Shown here piece after piece: positions 37,746 to 46,345 of a DNA stretch of 64,000 nucleotides. The position numbers were made by a program, and so were the translations under genes. The notes under the pieces were generated by a model. That model had not been told where the DNA came from. It worked only from the letters and a program-made list of their open reading frames with translations, and ran no database searches. This DNA comes from an uncultured delta proteobacterium. Lineage in GTDB: Bacteria > Desulfobacterota > Syntrophia > Syntrophales > UBA2192. The stretch lies in the NCBI GenBank assembly GCA_963705165.1, contig CAVPJD010000024.1:96001-160000 (forward strand). Reading direction: 5' to 3'. Numbering within the stretch: position 1 is the stretch's first letter; each line of letters starts with the position of its first letter.

Positions 37746-38181
37746 CCAGAGCGCCGGCAAACAGCCCCATCGCTTCGACGTTGACGCGACGGCCAACAGC
37801 CATTTTGGCTGGGTGCGCACGCGGTTTGCCGTCGAACGCACGATGATGGCCTACATGCGCACGGCCGTCTCGCTGATCGGATTCGGCTTCGCGATATTCC
37901 AGTTCTTCGACGGCATTCACCGGATGCCCGGGGCCGCTCCCGCCCGCTTTCCGGACGCGGCGTGGTACCTGGGGCTTGCGCTGATCTTCTGCGGCGTCAT
38001 GGCGATGGTCATTTCGATTCGGGAGTTTCACTGGACGCTTCGCTACCTGTGGAGTGAGAATTTCGCGACGATTGCAGGCATGAGGGCGGAGCCAAAGCAG
38101 ACCCCTCTTTACGCGGTCGCCGTCGCCATCATCTGTGTCGGCACCTTCGCCTTCTTTGCCGTGCTGCTGCGTCTCGTGTAG
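37738..38181 (+). CDS. DUF202 (YidH family) membrane protein, copy 2
   Basis: Same 444-nt length as copy 1, with high nucleotide similarity. Confidence 0.88.
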   Translation: MSDQSAGKQPHRFDVDATANSHFGWVRTRFAVERTMMAYMRTAVSLIGFGFAIFQFFDGIHRMPGAAPARFPDAAWYLGLALIFCGVMAMVISIREFHWTLRYLWSENFATIAGMRAEPKQTPLYAVAVAIICVGTFAFFAVLLRLV

Positions 38182-38230
38182 CGGCTCGCGCGGAGAAAAC
38201 GCCAACTGCAACACCAATCAATTGCTCTCC

Positions 38231-39607
38231 CTAGCTCGTCTGTGAACCGGGCGGTCCCTGCCGTGTGACAGCGGATCGCGCCTGCGGTTCTGGCAGTGTC
38301 CTCGTGCCGGGACCGGCCTGTGGTCGCCCGTGACAGTCCGCGAACCCGCGGCCGCTGCCGCAGGGACAGGGATCGTGACCGTGAAGGCCCGCAAAGGCCC
38401 GATCCAGGAGCGGCATCACTTCCCTCGCATCGCGACCGCGCCGCATCAGGCCGGCCATGAGCTTCATCGGGAAGCCGACGTGGTGGAAGAACTCCTTGAA
38501 CCCGGCGCACAGGTAGTTGAGGCCCGGCTCGCCGTCCGGCGCCGGGATGAAGCGGTTCTTGGGGCACTCGCCGTGGCAGGCGAAGCGCACGTCGCACTCC
38601 AGGCAGCAGCGAGGCAGGCTGTCCCGCTTGTCCCGGCCGAATTTCAGCTGCCGGGGAGAGGCCACCATCTCGATCATGTGCTCGTTCCGGATGTTGCCCA
38701 GGAGGTGCTTCGGCTCGACGAAGTGGTCGCACGAGTAGAGGTCGCCGTTGTGCTCGAGGGCCGGACCCGCGCCGCAGGTCTCGTTGAAGACGCACATGCC
38801 GGACGTCCTCATGCCGAGCCAGTTGCGCAGCGTCGCCTCGAACGTCTGGACGAAGATGCGGCCCACGTCGCGCCGCACCCACTCGTCGAAGACGGCGCAC
38901 AGGAAGCGGCCGAACTGATCGGGCCCCACTGCGCGTTCGGAAACCCTCGTGCCCTCCTGGAGCAGGGTCAGCCCGTCGGCGCCGATGCGCTCCACCACCG
39001 GGATGAACTGCATCCAGGTTGCGCCGGCGTCGTCGCGCAGGAAGCGGTAGACCTCCAGCGGGTAGTCGGCGTTGACGCCGTTGACGGTGGTGAGCACATT
39101 GTGCTCGACGCCGTGCTTCTGCAGCAGCCGCAGTCCGCGCATCACCCTGTCAAAGGTCGGCCGGCCGCCCTTGTCCACGCGATAGACGTCGTGCACGTCG
39201 CGCGGCCCGTCGATGCTGATGCCGATCAGGAAGTCGTGCTGCTTGAAGAAGGCCGCCCACTCGTCGTCCAGCAGGGTGCCGTTGGTCTGGAGGGTGTGCA
39301 GATACTTCATGCCCGGGCGGCGGTATTTCTCGGCCAGCGCCATCGCGCGCCGGTAGAAATCGAGACCCATCAGGGTCGGCTCGCCCCCCTGCCACGCGAT
39401 GTTCACCGTGTCCGCCCGGTGCGACTCGACGAGCTGGCGGATGTAGAGCTCCAGCGTCGCGTCGCTCATGCGGAAGCGGCTGCCGGGATAGAGCGCCTCC
39501 TTGTCCAGGAAAAAGCAGTAGGCGCAATCGAGGTTGCAGGCGGCGCCCGTGGGCTTTGCCAGCAGGTGGAAGGCAGGCGGTGCGTTCTCGGGTCGCGGCG
39601 TCGGCAT
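38231..39607 (-). CDS. Anaerobic sulfatase maturase (radical SAM/SPASM) with SEC-C tail
   Basis: AKPTGAACNLDCAYC, WQGGEP, CVFNETC, YSCDHFV, C..C.....C...CPK, DPCPCGSG...CHG. Confidence 0.95.
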   Translation of the reverse strand: MPTPRPENAPPAFHLLAKPTGAACNLDCAYCFFLDKEALYPGSRFRMSDATLELYIRQLVESHRADTVNIAWQGGEPTLMGLDFYRRAMALAEKYRRPGMKYLHTLQTNGTLLDDEWAAFFKQHDFLIGISIDGPRDVHDVYRVDKGGRPTFDRVMRGLRLLQKHGVEHNVLTTVNGVNADYPLEVYRFLRDDAGATWMQFIPVVERIGADGLTLLQEGTRVSERAVGPDQFGRFLCAVFDEWVRRDVGRIFVQTFEATLRNWLGMRTSGMCVFNETCGAGPALEHNGDLYSCDHFVEPKHLLGNIRNEHMIEMVASPRQLKFGRDKRDSLPRCCLECDVRFACHGECPKNRFIPAPDGEPGLNYLCAGFKEFFHHVGFPMKLMAGLMRRGRDAREVMPLLDRAFAGLHGHDPCPCGSGRGFADCHGRPQAGPGTRTLPEPQARSAVTRQGPPGSQTS

Positions 39608-39648
39608 GAGGCGGCCTTTTAGGTGTCTGCTCGGCCGGACTGCGCGGC

Positions 39649-40026
39649 TCAGGCGAGCGCCTTGGCCTTCAGTCGCGCGAACTCGTCCTGGCTGATGGCG
39701 CCGGCATCGAGAAGCGCCTTGGCCTCGGCAATCTGTTCCGCCGGCGACTTCCCGGCCACCCGTCTGATGTAGGCGTCGGTATCGGACTTCACCCGCTCCT
39801 GGGAGGCGCGCTGCCGCTCCGCCATGCCCCGGCCGCGGGCGATCACGTAGATGAACGCCGCAAACACCGGCACGACGATGAGCACGAGGATCCAGAGGGC
39901 CTTCGAGAACCCCCCGAGCTCGGAATCCCGGAAGAGGTCGGCGACGATCTGGAAGAGGATCATCAGGTACGCGATGAAAATGAAGGCCTCAAAGATCAAC
40001 ACGAAAATATCCCAGAAGTTGCTCAT
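39649..40026 (-). CDS. PLDc_N + SHOCT domain membrane protein
   Basis: DLFRD...KALW, IYVIARG, LLDAGAISQDEF. Confidence 0.85.
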   Translation of the reverse strand: MSNFWDIFVLIFEAFIFIAYLMILFQIVADLFRDSELGGFSKALWILVLIVVPVFAAFIYVIARGRGMAERQRASQERVKSDTDAYIRRVAGKSPAEQIAEAKALLDAGAISQDEFARLKAKALA

Positions 40027-40110
40027 GTGATTTCTCCTATGATTGGGGGGGTGAAAGATTGAAAGCCGATCGATGACGAGCGGTAAGACCGGACTATACG
40101 CTACGCCGCT

Positions 40111-40332
40111 TCAGGCAGCTCGTCTTGCGCCACGGATCCACGTCCGAAGCAGCGCAAGCAGGCATCCGCCCGTAAACATCCCCAGGATGTAGATTGCAAG
40201 AACCAGGATGGACAGCGGGAGGGTAACGCTGGCGGAAAAGAGAGAAACCGTTACGGTCTCAAGGTTCTGGAACTTGAACAGCAGGACGAGGGCCGTGAAA
40301 ACAACGATCAGCCCGATGTACAGGTACCTCAT
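40111..40332 (-). CDS. LapA-like (DUF1049) small membrane protein
   Basis: FKFQNLETVTVSLF...LP. Confidence 0.75.
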   Translation of the reverse strand: MRYLYIGLIVVFTALVLLFKFQNLETVTVSLFSASVTLPLSILVLAIYILGMFTGGCLLALLRTWIRGARRAA

Positions 40333-40353
40333 TTTGCCCCTCTCAAAGCTCTG

Positions 40354-40510
40354 AGATGATAGGTAACAGGTGACAGGAAATTGCGTTTAACCTAGTTTAT
40401 AGCTACCAAGATCACTGGAGGTTGTCAAGGAGCTTCCAAAGAGTAAGGATCCGGAAAAGATCTCGTGTCCCGTCCCTGTCTTTTCACCAGTCACTGGCCA
40501 CCGGTCACCA
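40354..40510. repeat. Degenerate 7-mer arrays
   Basis: AGATGAT AGGTAAC AGGTGAC (40354-40377) and TCACCAG TCACTGG CCACCGG TCACC (40484-40510). Confidence 0.6.
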
Positions 40511-41353
40511 TCCTGTGACCCAGCTCACGACGTACTCCAGCGTCCCCGCGTCGAATGCGGGCTTCGCCTCCTTCCAGCTTCCCGGGATCTTTAACTCCTG
40601 CGCCGCGAGTTCGAAGTGGCACAGGGCGATCCCCATGTCCACTTCCTGCAGGCGGATCTCGCCCAACATCTTGTCGTAGCCAGGCGTGCGCGCAAGGAAA
40701 AAGTGACCGGACGCCCCCTCGCGGATGATTCGCCAGGGCTGTCGGTTCGAGGCCGAGGGGCCTATCCGCACCGCTTCCAAGGCAGCCTCTAGGACGCCCG
40801 CGTTTTCCTTGGAAAGAGGATTGCCCGGCTGCTCGTCGAAGAAAAGCTCCTGCCAGGGCTTGCGCTTATCGGACTTCGCCATGAAGCGGAAAGCCCGGTC
40901 CGTCAGCGAGCGCTTCTGCGCCGGGTAGCCGACGGGGCTGATGGCGGGCATCAGTTCCTCCGCAGCAAGCCCGATCTTCCGGGCAAAGCCAGCCCGGTTG
41001 AGCGTGCCGCCCAGCCAGCAGGTCCCGAGGCCCAGCGTCGTGGCAAAGAGGATGTTCTTTTCCATGCCGTACCCGAAATCCTCCATGGCGCGGACGCCCC
41101 TCGTCACGGCGCCGGCGATGAAGAGGCCGGCCCCCTTGATCACCCCGTAGGTGCCGAGGGATTTCAGCTCCGCCCGTTCCGCTTCCGTGAGATCGACAAG
41201 CTCGAACCGCAGCGGGTTCCCGAAGGGCCCCCGGGTGTTCTCCCGAAAAAACGCCCGCAGCTTCTCCTTCATATTGTCGTCGAGGGACCTGCCGTCAAAG
41301 CTCCGGCAAGACACTCTTTTTTTTATCGTTTCGATGGGTGATGGAATGTCCAT
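40505..41353 (-). CDS. Nitroreductase family protein (tandem domain)
   Basis: KRVSCRSF, GLGTCWLG, PSASNRQPW, DMGIALCHF. Confidence 0.88.
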   Translation of the reverse strand: MDIPSPIETIKKRVSCRSFDGRSLDDNMKEKLRAFFRENTRGPFGNPLRFELVDLTEAERAELKSLGTYGVIKGAGLFIAGAVTRGVRAMEDFGYGMEKNILFATTLGLGTCWLGGTLNRAGFARKIGLAAEELMPAISPVGYPAQKRSLTDRAFRFMAKSDKRKPWQELFFDEQPGNPLSKENAGVLEAALEAVRIGPSASNRQPWRIIREGASGHFFLARTPGYDKMLGEIRLQEVDMGIALCHFELAAQELKIPGSWKEAKPAFDAGTLEYVVSWVTGW

Positions 41354-41380
41354 AATCGCTCTTTATTCCTTTTCCCTTGG

Positions 41381-41412
41381 ACCTGTCACCTGTTACCTGT
41401 CCCCTGCCACCC
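41381..41412. repeat. Degenerate 7-mer tandem array
   Basis: ACCTGTC ACCTGTT ACCTGTC CCCTGCC, overlapping the helicase stop codon. Confidence 0.65.
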
Positions 41413-43665
41413 TCATATTCTCGAGCATCCCCTCCAGCAGCAGAAGCGCCCCCTGCTTGTCCATGGGCCGGTTGTCGTTTCCGCACTTGGGCGAGAGGAT
41501 GCAGGCGGGGCATCCAACCTCGCAGGGGCAATCGCGGATGAGCTCCAGGGTCAGGCGTGTGACGCGCTCCATGAGGCCCTGTGCCTTTTCCGTCAGCCCG
41601 ATCCCGCCTTCGTAGCCGTCGTAGAGGAAGATGGTGGGCTCGCCCGTGCCGGGGTGCCCGGGCGTGGAGAGCCCGCCGATGTCCCAGCGGTCGCACATGA
41701 CCTCGAGAGGGAAGGATGGCGATCATGGCGTGCTCGAGGGCGTGCAGGGCGCCTCCGAAGTTGAGGCTTCGGTCGTAGATGGCCCGCCTGAGATCGCCGG
41801 GAATGGTGAACCAGAGCCCCGTTGTCCGGAAGCGAAGCGGCGGCAGATCCAGCTCCTCGCGCGCCACCACCTGGTCGTTCTGGATCACCTTGTAGCTCAA
41901 CGTCATTTCGGTGACCTCGAGCTCGCCCAGGTGGACGGACATCTGACCGAGCCTGCGCGAGGACCTCGTGCCGAGGATCTCGAGATCGACGGCCTTCACG
42001 GCCTGGGTGTAGTAGTCCACGTCCTTGCGCTCCACCTCGACGAGGTGGTTCTCCACGTCGAAGCGCCTCACCACGTGGGACTCGCCCTGGTGCAGCAGCA
42101 CGGCGCCCATGTGGGCCTCCCGGTAGGCTTGCCCCGTGTCCATCGTCTCGAGAAGCACACCGTCGCAGGTGATGCGGTAGGCATCGCGCGCGATGTGGTC
42201 GAGGCCGACGGCCTCCACGGGCCTTCCGCGGCCCGTATAGACCCAGCCGTGGGGCGTTTCTTTCACGAGGCCCTCCGCGGCCAGCTCGCCGAGCATGTCG
42301 CTGACGTGCGCCGCAGGGAAGATGTCTTCGCTGCGGGCGTCAAAGGGAATTCGGCTACGGCGCACAGCAACTGCCCCGAGAGGATGTAGGGGTTGGCAAG
42401 ATCGATGATGGCCTGCTCGTGGGGCTTGCCGAAGAAGGACTCGGGGTGTTTCATCAGGTACTGATCCAGCGGGTTCTGAAAGCCCACAAGGACGGCCAGG
42501 GCATCGCGGTTGCGGCGCCCCGAGCGGCCCGCCTGCTGCCAGGTGGCAAGCACCGTCCCCGGGTAGCCCGAGATGATGACGCAGTCGAGCGATCCGATGT
42601 CGATGCCCACCTCCAGGGCATTGGTCGAGGTGACCCCCGTCAGGAGGCCCCGTTTGAGTCCGTCCTCGATCTCGCGGCGCTCCTGGGGGAGGTAGCCCGC
42701 CCGGTAGGCGGCGATCTGCCCGGCAAGGGCCGATCCGGCTGCCGTCGATTCCTTCGACCACAGGGCGATGAGCTCCGCCATCCGTCTCGATGCCGTGAAG
42801 CACAGCGTCTGCAGTCCCCGCTTCACGAAGTAAAGAAAGAGGTCCCTCGTCTCCTGGTGGGGCGAGAGGGTGCCCCCGCCATCGAAGAAGGGGTTGTAGA
42901 AAAGGAAGGTCTTTCCGCCGCTGGGCGAGCCGTCCTCGGAGATGACGTCGAAGGGAAGGCCTACGAGCTTTTCGCCGAACTCCTGCGGGTTGGCAAGCGT
43001 CGCCGTCGAGAGGACAAAGCGGGGCGAGGAGCCGTAGAAGCGGGCGATGCGGCGCAGCCTGCGGATGACGAAGGCCACGTTGGACCCGAAGACCCCCCGG
43101 TAGCGGTGGGCCTCGTCGAAGACGACGTAGCGAAGGTTGCGGAAAAAGCGCTCCCACTTGGAGTGCCAGGGAAGCACGTGGTGAAGCTCGTGGGGGTTTG
43201 TGACGATGATCCGGGACATCTCGCGGATGCGCCCGCGGCGCGAAACCGGCGTGTCGCCGTCGTAGACGGCCGCATCGGCCCGGATGCCCGTGGAGCGCTC
43301 CATGTCCTTGAAGACCTTGAGCTGGTCGTTCGACAGGGCCTTGGTGGGGTAGACGAAAAGGGCCGTGGCCTGCCGGTCGCTCTCGAGGGTCTCGAAGACG
43401 GGAAGGTCAAAGCCGAGGGTCTTCCCCGACGCGGTGGGCGTGCAGAGGATGACGTTTCGCCCCGCCCGCAGGGCCTCGACGGCCTGGCACTGGTGGCTGT
43501 AGAGGCGGATGCGACGGGAGTTCAGGTAGTGGGCAATGCCGGCCGAGAGCGGTTTGCCTCGAGCTCTCCGTATTGCGGCTCCCGGGCCGGCAGGACCTCG
43601 ATGTGGGCGATGCGGTCCCGGAAGCGGGGGCTCCTTTGGAGAGATTCCAGGGCGGTCTCGATCAC
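41393..43665 (-). pseudogene. DEAD/DEAH helicase with DUF1998 Zn domain (MrfA/YprA/Hrq1-like), three frameshifts
   Basis: [53 protein letters not shown] and CPCEVGCPAC are spread over four frame segments; shifts at about 43556, 42335 and 41708. Confidence 0.88.
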
Positions 43666-44753
43666 GGATGCCACTCCTCGTGGAGTTTCGAAAAGAGGCT
43701 TGCCAGCGTGAGCAGATCGCGGCGGTTGTGCTCGACAATGGGGACGAGCGGCCCGGGGTTGCCGGTCCGCATGTAGCTCTCGTAGAATTCGGGCACCAGA
43801 GCGCTCGGCACGTCGTCTTCCCTCTGGATGCCCAAAAAACAGCTCTCCAGCGTCGTCAGCTTGCAGTCGGGTACGCAGTCGCGCCAGGCCCGGCGCGAGA
43901 AGTGAAGGACGTCGAAGTGGGGCCCCTCGAGGTTTGCGCGGATGCCGTAGTAGGCGAGCCGTTCGCGGATGTAGGGGATATCGAAGGTGCGCCCGTTGTA
44001 GGTGACGAAGGCCCTGCGGCCGCTCAGGTGGGTGAGCAGGCCCGCCAGTGCTGCCGGCTCCTCGTCGATGCGGCGCAGTAGGTACTGCTCCACGCGGATC
44101 TCGACGCCGTGTACCCGGGCAAGCCCCAGCAGGATGATGGGCCGCTGGAACATGCCGAGGGTCTCGATGTCGAGGAAAATGAAATCCTCCTCGCGGTGGA
44201 AACCCGACGAGAAGAGGGCCAGCGGGTGGGATTTCAGGAACCCCCGGCCGATCCAGTCGAGAAGGCCCGCCGTGTCGCCTTCTTCCACCATTTTCAAGAT
44301 ACTCCGGGCCTGCCCGCCGAAGCGGGGGTGATCGGCCAGATCGGCGATGGAGCCTACGCCCCGGCGCTTCAGGGCCGCCTCGGTCACCTCGCCCACGCCG
44401 TAGAGTAGCTTGAGATCCGAGAGGATGCGGCGGCCGGCCTCGGCGGGGTCGACGGTCCGCAGGCGGCTCGCGTCGCGGCTCACAAGGCGGTAGCAGACCC
44501 CGTGGGCCGTGCGCACCTCTTCCCCGGGCAGGACATCTTCCAGGGACTGGCCCCGGTATCTGCGCAGCAACTCGCTCTTGAGCCGCTGGGCCTCGTGGTA
44601 CTCCCGGGTTTCGACCCAGCTGGCGGCGAAGGGCCGCGCGGGCATCGTCTGTTCGTGCTCGATGACGACGACTTCGCTTGCCCGCTCGAGGCTCTCCCGA
44701 AGCCTGCGGCCGATGTGGCCGCCCGGCCTGTTGTCTCTTTCCCGTTCGCTCAT
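43662..44753 (-). CDS. YprB/MrfB-like RNase H-fold exonuclease with HhH insert
   Basis: LKLLYGVG (HhH), [34 protein letters not shown] overlap with the helicase. Start codon uncertain. Confidence 0.85.
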   Translation of the reverse strand: MSERERDNRPGGHIGRRLRESLERASEVVVIEHEQTMPARPFAASWVETREYHEAQRLKSELLRRYRGQSLEDVLPGEEVRTAHGVCYRLVSRDASRLRTVDPAEAGRRILSDLKLLYGVGEVTEAALKRRGVGSIADLADHPRFGGQARSILKMVEEGDTAGLLDWIGRGFLKSHPLALFSSGFHREEDFIFLDIETLGMFQRPIILLGLARVHGVEIRVEQYLLRRIDEEPAALAGLLTHLSGRRAFVTYNGRTFDIPYIRERLAYYGIRANLEGPHFDVLHFSRRAWRDCVPDCKLTTLESCFLGIQREDDVPSALVPEFYESYMRTGNPGPLVPIVEHNRRDLLTLASLFSKLHEEWHP

Positions 44754-44794
44754 CCCTCGATCACTTTCCGTTATTTCCCGATAGCGATGGCCGG

Positions 44795-44923
44795 TCATTG
44801 GGGGACGGGAATGAAGGTGGGTGCGACGGGCGCGCAGGGCACCCCCTGAAGCGCGGCCAGGGCGACGGCGCAACGGAGCACCGTGCCGTTTCCCGAGTGC
44901 ATGGAGCCGTCAATCTCAATCAT
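44795..44923 (-). pseudogene. rtcA: 5' remnant of RNA 3'-terminal phosphate cyclase
   Basis: MIEIDGSMHSGNGTVLRCAVALAALQGVP resembles the RtcA N-terminus (MIxIDGSxxxGGGQILRxAxALS); stops after 42 codons. Confidence 0.65.
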
Positions 44924-44955
44924 GGCAATCAAGCGACCGCCCGGCAGAAAAGAGG

Positions 44956-45050
44956 CCGGTGACCAGTGCACCGGTGACCGGTGAAAAAAAGGGGGTCGGA
45001 TCCCGGTATTTTCTTTTCCCTATACCCTTGACCCTATACCCTTTACCCTT
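44956..45050. repeat. Two degenerate 7-mer arrays
   Basis: CCGGTGA-type units (44956-44984) and CCCTATA CCCTTGA CCCTATA CCCTTTA (45018-45050). Confidence 0.65.
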
Positions 45051-45052
45051 CT

Positions 45053-45214
45053 TTAATCCGCCGGTGTGAACTCGCTCCTAGCCGCCCCGCAAATCGGGCA
45101 AACCCAATCTTCGGGAAGTTTCTCGAAGGCCGTCCCCGCCTTGATCCCGCCATCGGAGTCCCCTTCCTCGGGATCGTAGATGTAACCGCAAACCGTGCAT
45201 TCGTATTTTTTCAT
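45053..45214 (-). CDS. Rubredoxin
   Basis: Below the ORF-track cutoff; [19 protein letters not shown]...[17 protein letters not shown], 53 aa. Confidence 0.95.
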   Translation of the reverse strand: MKKYECTVCGYIYDPEEGDSDGGIKAGTAFEKLPEDWVCPICGAARSEFTPAD

Positions 45215-45328
45215 AACCGGTATCCTTTCAAGAGAAAATCAGGTGAAGGTTGGGGTCGGGAACCCTGAAGGTAAACCCATCGCTTTCCGACAAGAATTTA
45301 TACCCGAAACGCACGGGAAGCACAAGAA

Positions 45329-45420
45329 TCAGTGTTCAGTGGTTTGTGGTTTGTGTTTAGTGACAAGAGCGTGAAGAACTTTTCCTCACGAATCACCAGC
45401 CACTAGTCACTAGCCACTTA
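45329..45420. repeat. Degenerate 7-mer tandem array, inverted pair
   Basis: TCAGTGT TCAGTGG TTTGTGG TTTGTGT TTAGTGA ... TCACGAA TCACCAG CCACTAG TCACTAG CCACTTA, ending at the fpg stop codon. Confidence 0.8.
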
Positions 45421-46191
45421 GTTCTGGCATTCGGGACAAAAGAACGTGCTGCGGCCGGCAATCACGTTTCGCTGAATCGCGCACCGGCACTTTACGCAAG
45501 GCTCCCCTTTCCTGCCGTAGACCCGCAGCTGACGCTGGTACTCCCCGTGGCCTGCGTAGAGATCCCGCCAGTCGGAGATAGACGTTCCCCGGCTTTGGAC
45601 GGCCTTCTCCAGAATGCGCTTCGACAACACCGCAATTTTCTTCCATTCGGCCGGTGCAAGACTGCAGGCCGGGCGCATCGGGTCGATGCCCGCCTCGTGG
45701 AGGATCTCGCTTGCGTAGATGTTGCCGATGCCGGCGACGGTCTTCTGATCCATGAGGAAGGACTTGACGGGAAGCCGCCGCCTGCGGGCCGCCTCGCCGA
45801 GGCGCCTCGGCTCGATCTTCTCGAGGCCGTCCGGCACAGGGCTTGGCACTGGAGGACTGCACAGATCAACCGTGGCAAAGCGCCTGGGGTCGGAGAGAAC
45901 GAGGCGGCCGCCCCTGAATGTAAGCTCCAGTCTCGCATGGGGCGGGATATCGTCCTTCTCCAGCCAGAAGAAGCGTCCCGTCATGCGGAGTTGGAAGACG
46001 AGGCACATCCCGTCCGAAAGCGTCCAGACCATCTTCTTGCCATGACGGGATACCGACCGAACGGTCTTTCCCGCAAGAGGCGGCAGGTGCTCCAGCTTCG
46101 GGTCAATGACACGCGATGACAGGATCTGGCTCTCCTCGATCACCTCGCGCAACTGCCGGCACAGGGTCTCGACCTCGGGTAACTCAGGCAT
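45418..46191 (-). CDS. mutM: Formamidopyrimidine-DNA glycosylase
   Basis: MPELPEVE, DPRRF, GIGNIYASE, C-terminal CxxC...CxxCQ zinc finger. Confidence 0.93.
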   Translation of the reverse strand: MPELPEVETLCRQLREVIEESQILSSRVIDPKLEHLPPLAGKTVRSVSRHGKKMVWTLSDGMCLVFQLRMTGRFFWLEKDDIPPHARLELTFRGGRLVLSDPRRFATVDLCSPPVPSPVPDGLEKIEPRRLGEAARRRRLPVKSFLMDQKTVAGIGNIYASEILHEAGIDPMRPACSLAPAEWKKIAVLSKRILEKAVQSRGTSISDWRDLYAGHGEYQRQLRVYGRKGEPCVKCRCAIQRNVIAGRSTFFCPECQN

Positions 46192-46312
46192 CGCATCATC
46201 CTTATTTACGAAGAGTTCAGCATTTTATGCGGGCAGGCGTATGCGAAGCTGAGATGCGGGGAAGGTAAGAAGGCGAGGAAGTTCAGTGGTTTTTTATTCT
46301 CACTTTATTTCC

Positions 46313-46342
46313 CGACACGCTACACGCTGCACCCTGCACGCT
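46313..46342. repeat. Degenerate 7-mer tandem array
   Basis: CGACACG CTACACG CTGCACC CTGCACG. Confidence 0.6.
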
Positions 46343-46345
46343 TTT

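Noticed and set aside
41393..43665. DUF1998 helicase as DISARM/Druantia defence
   Set aside because: No methylase, PLD or drm/dru partners; the single-chain helicase next to a YprB-like nuclease fits MrfAB better.
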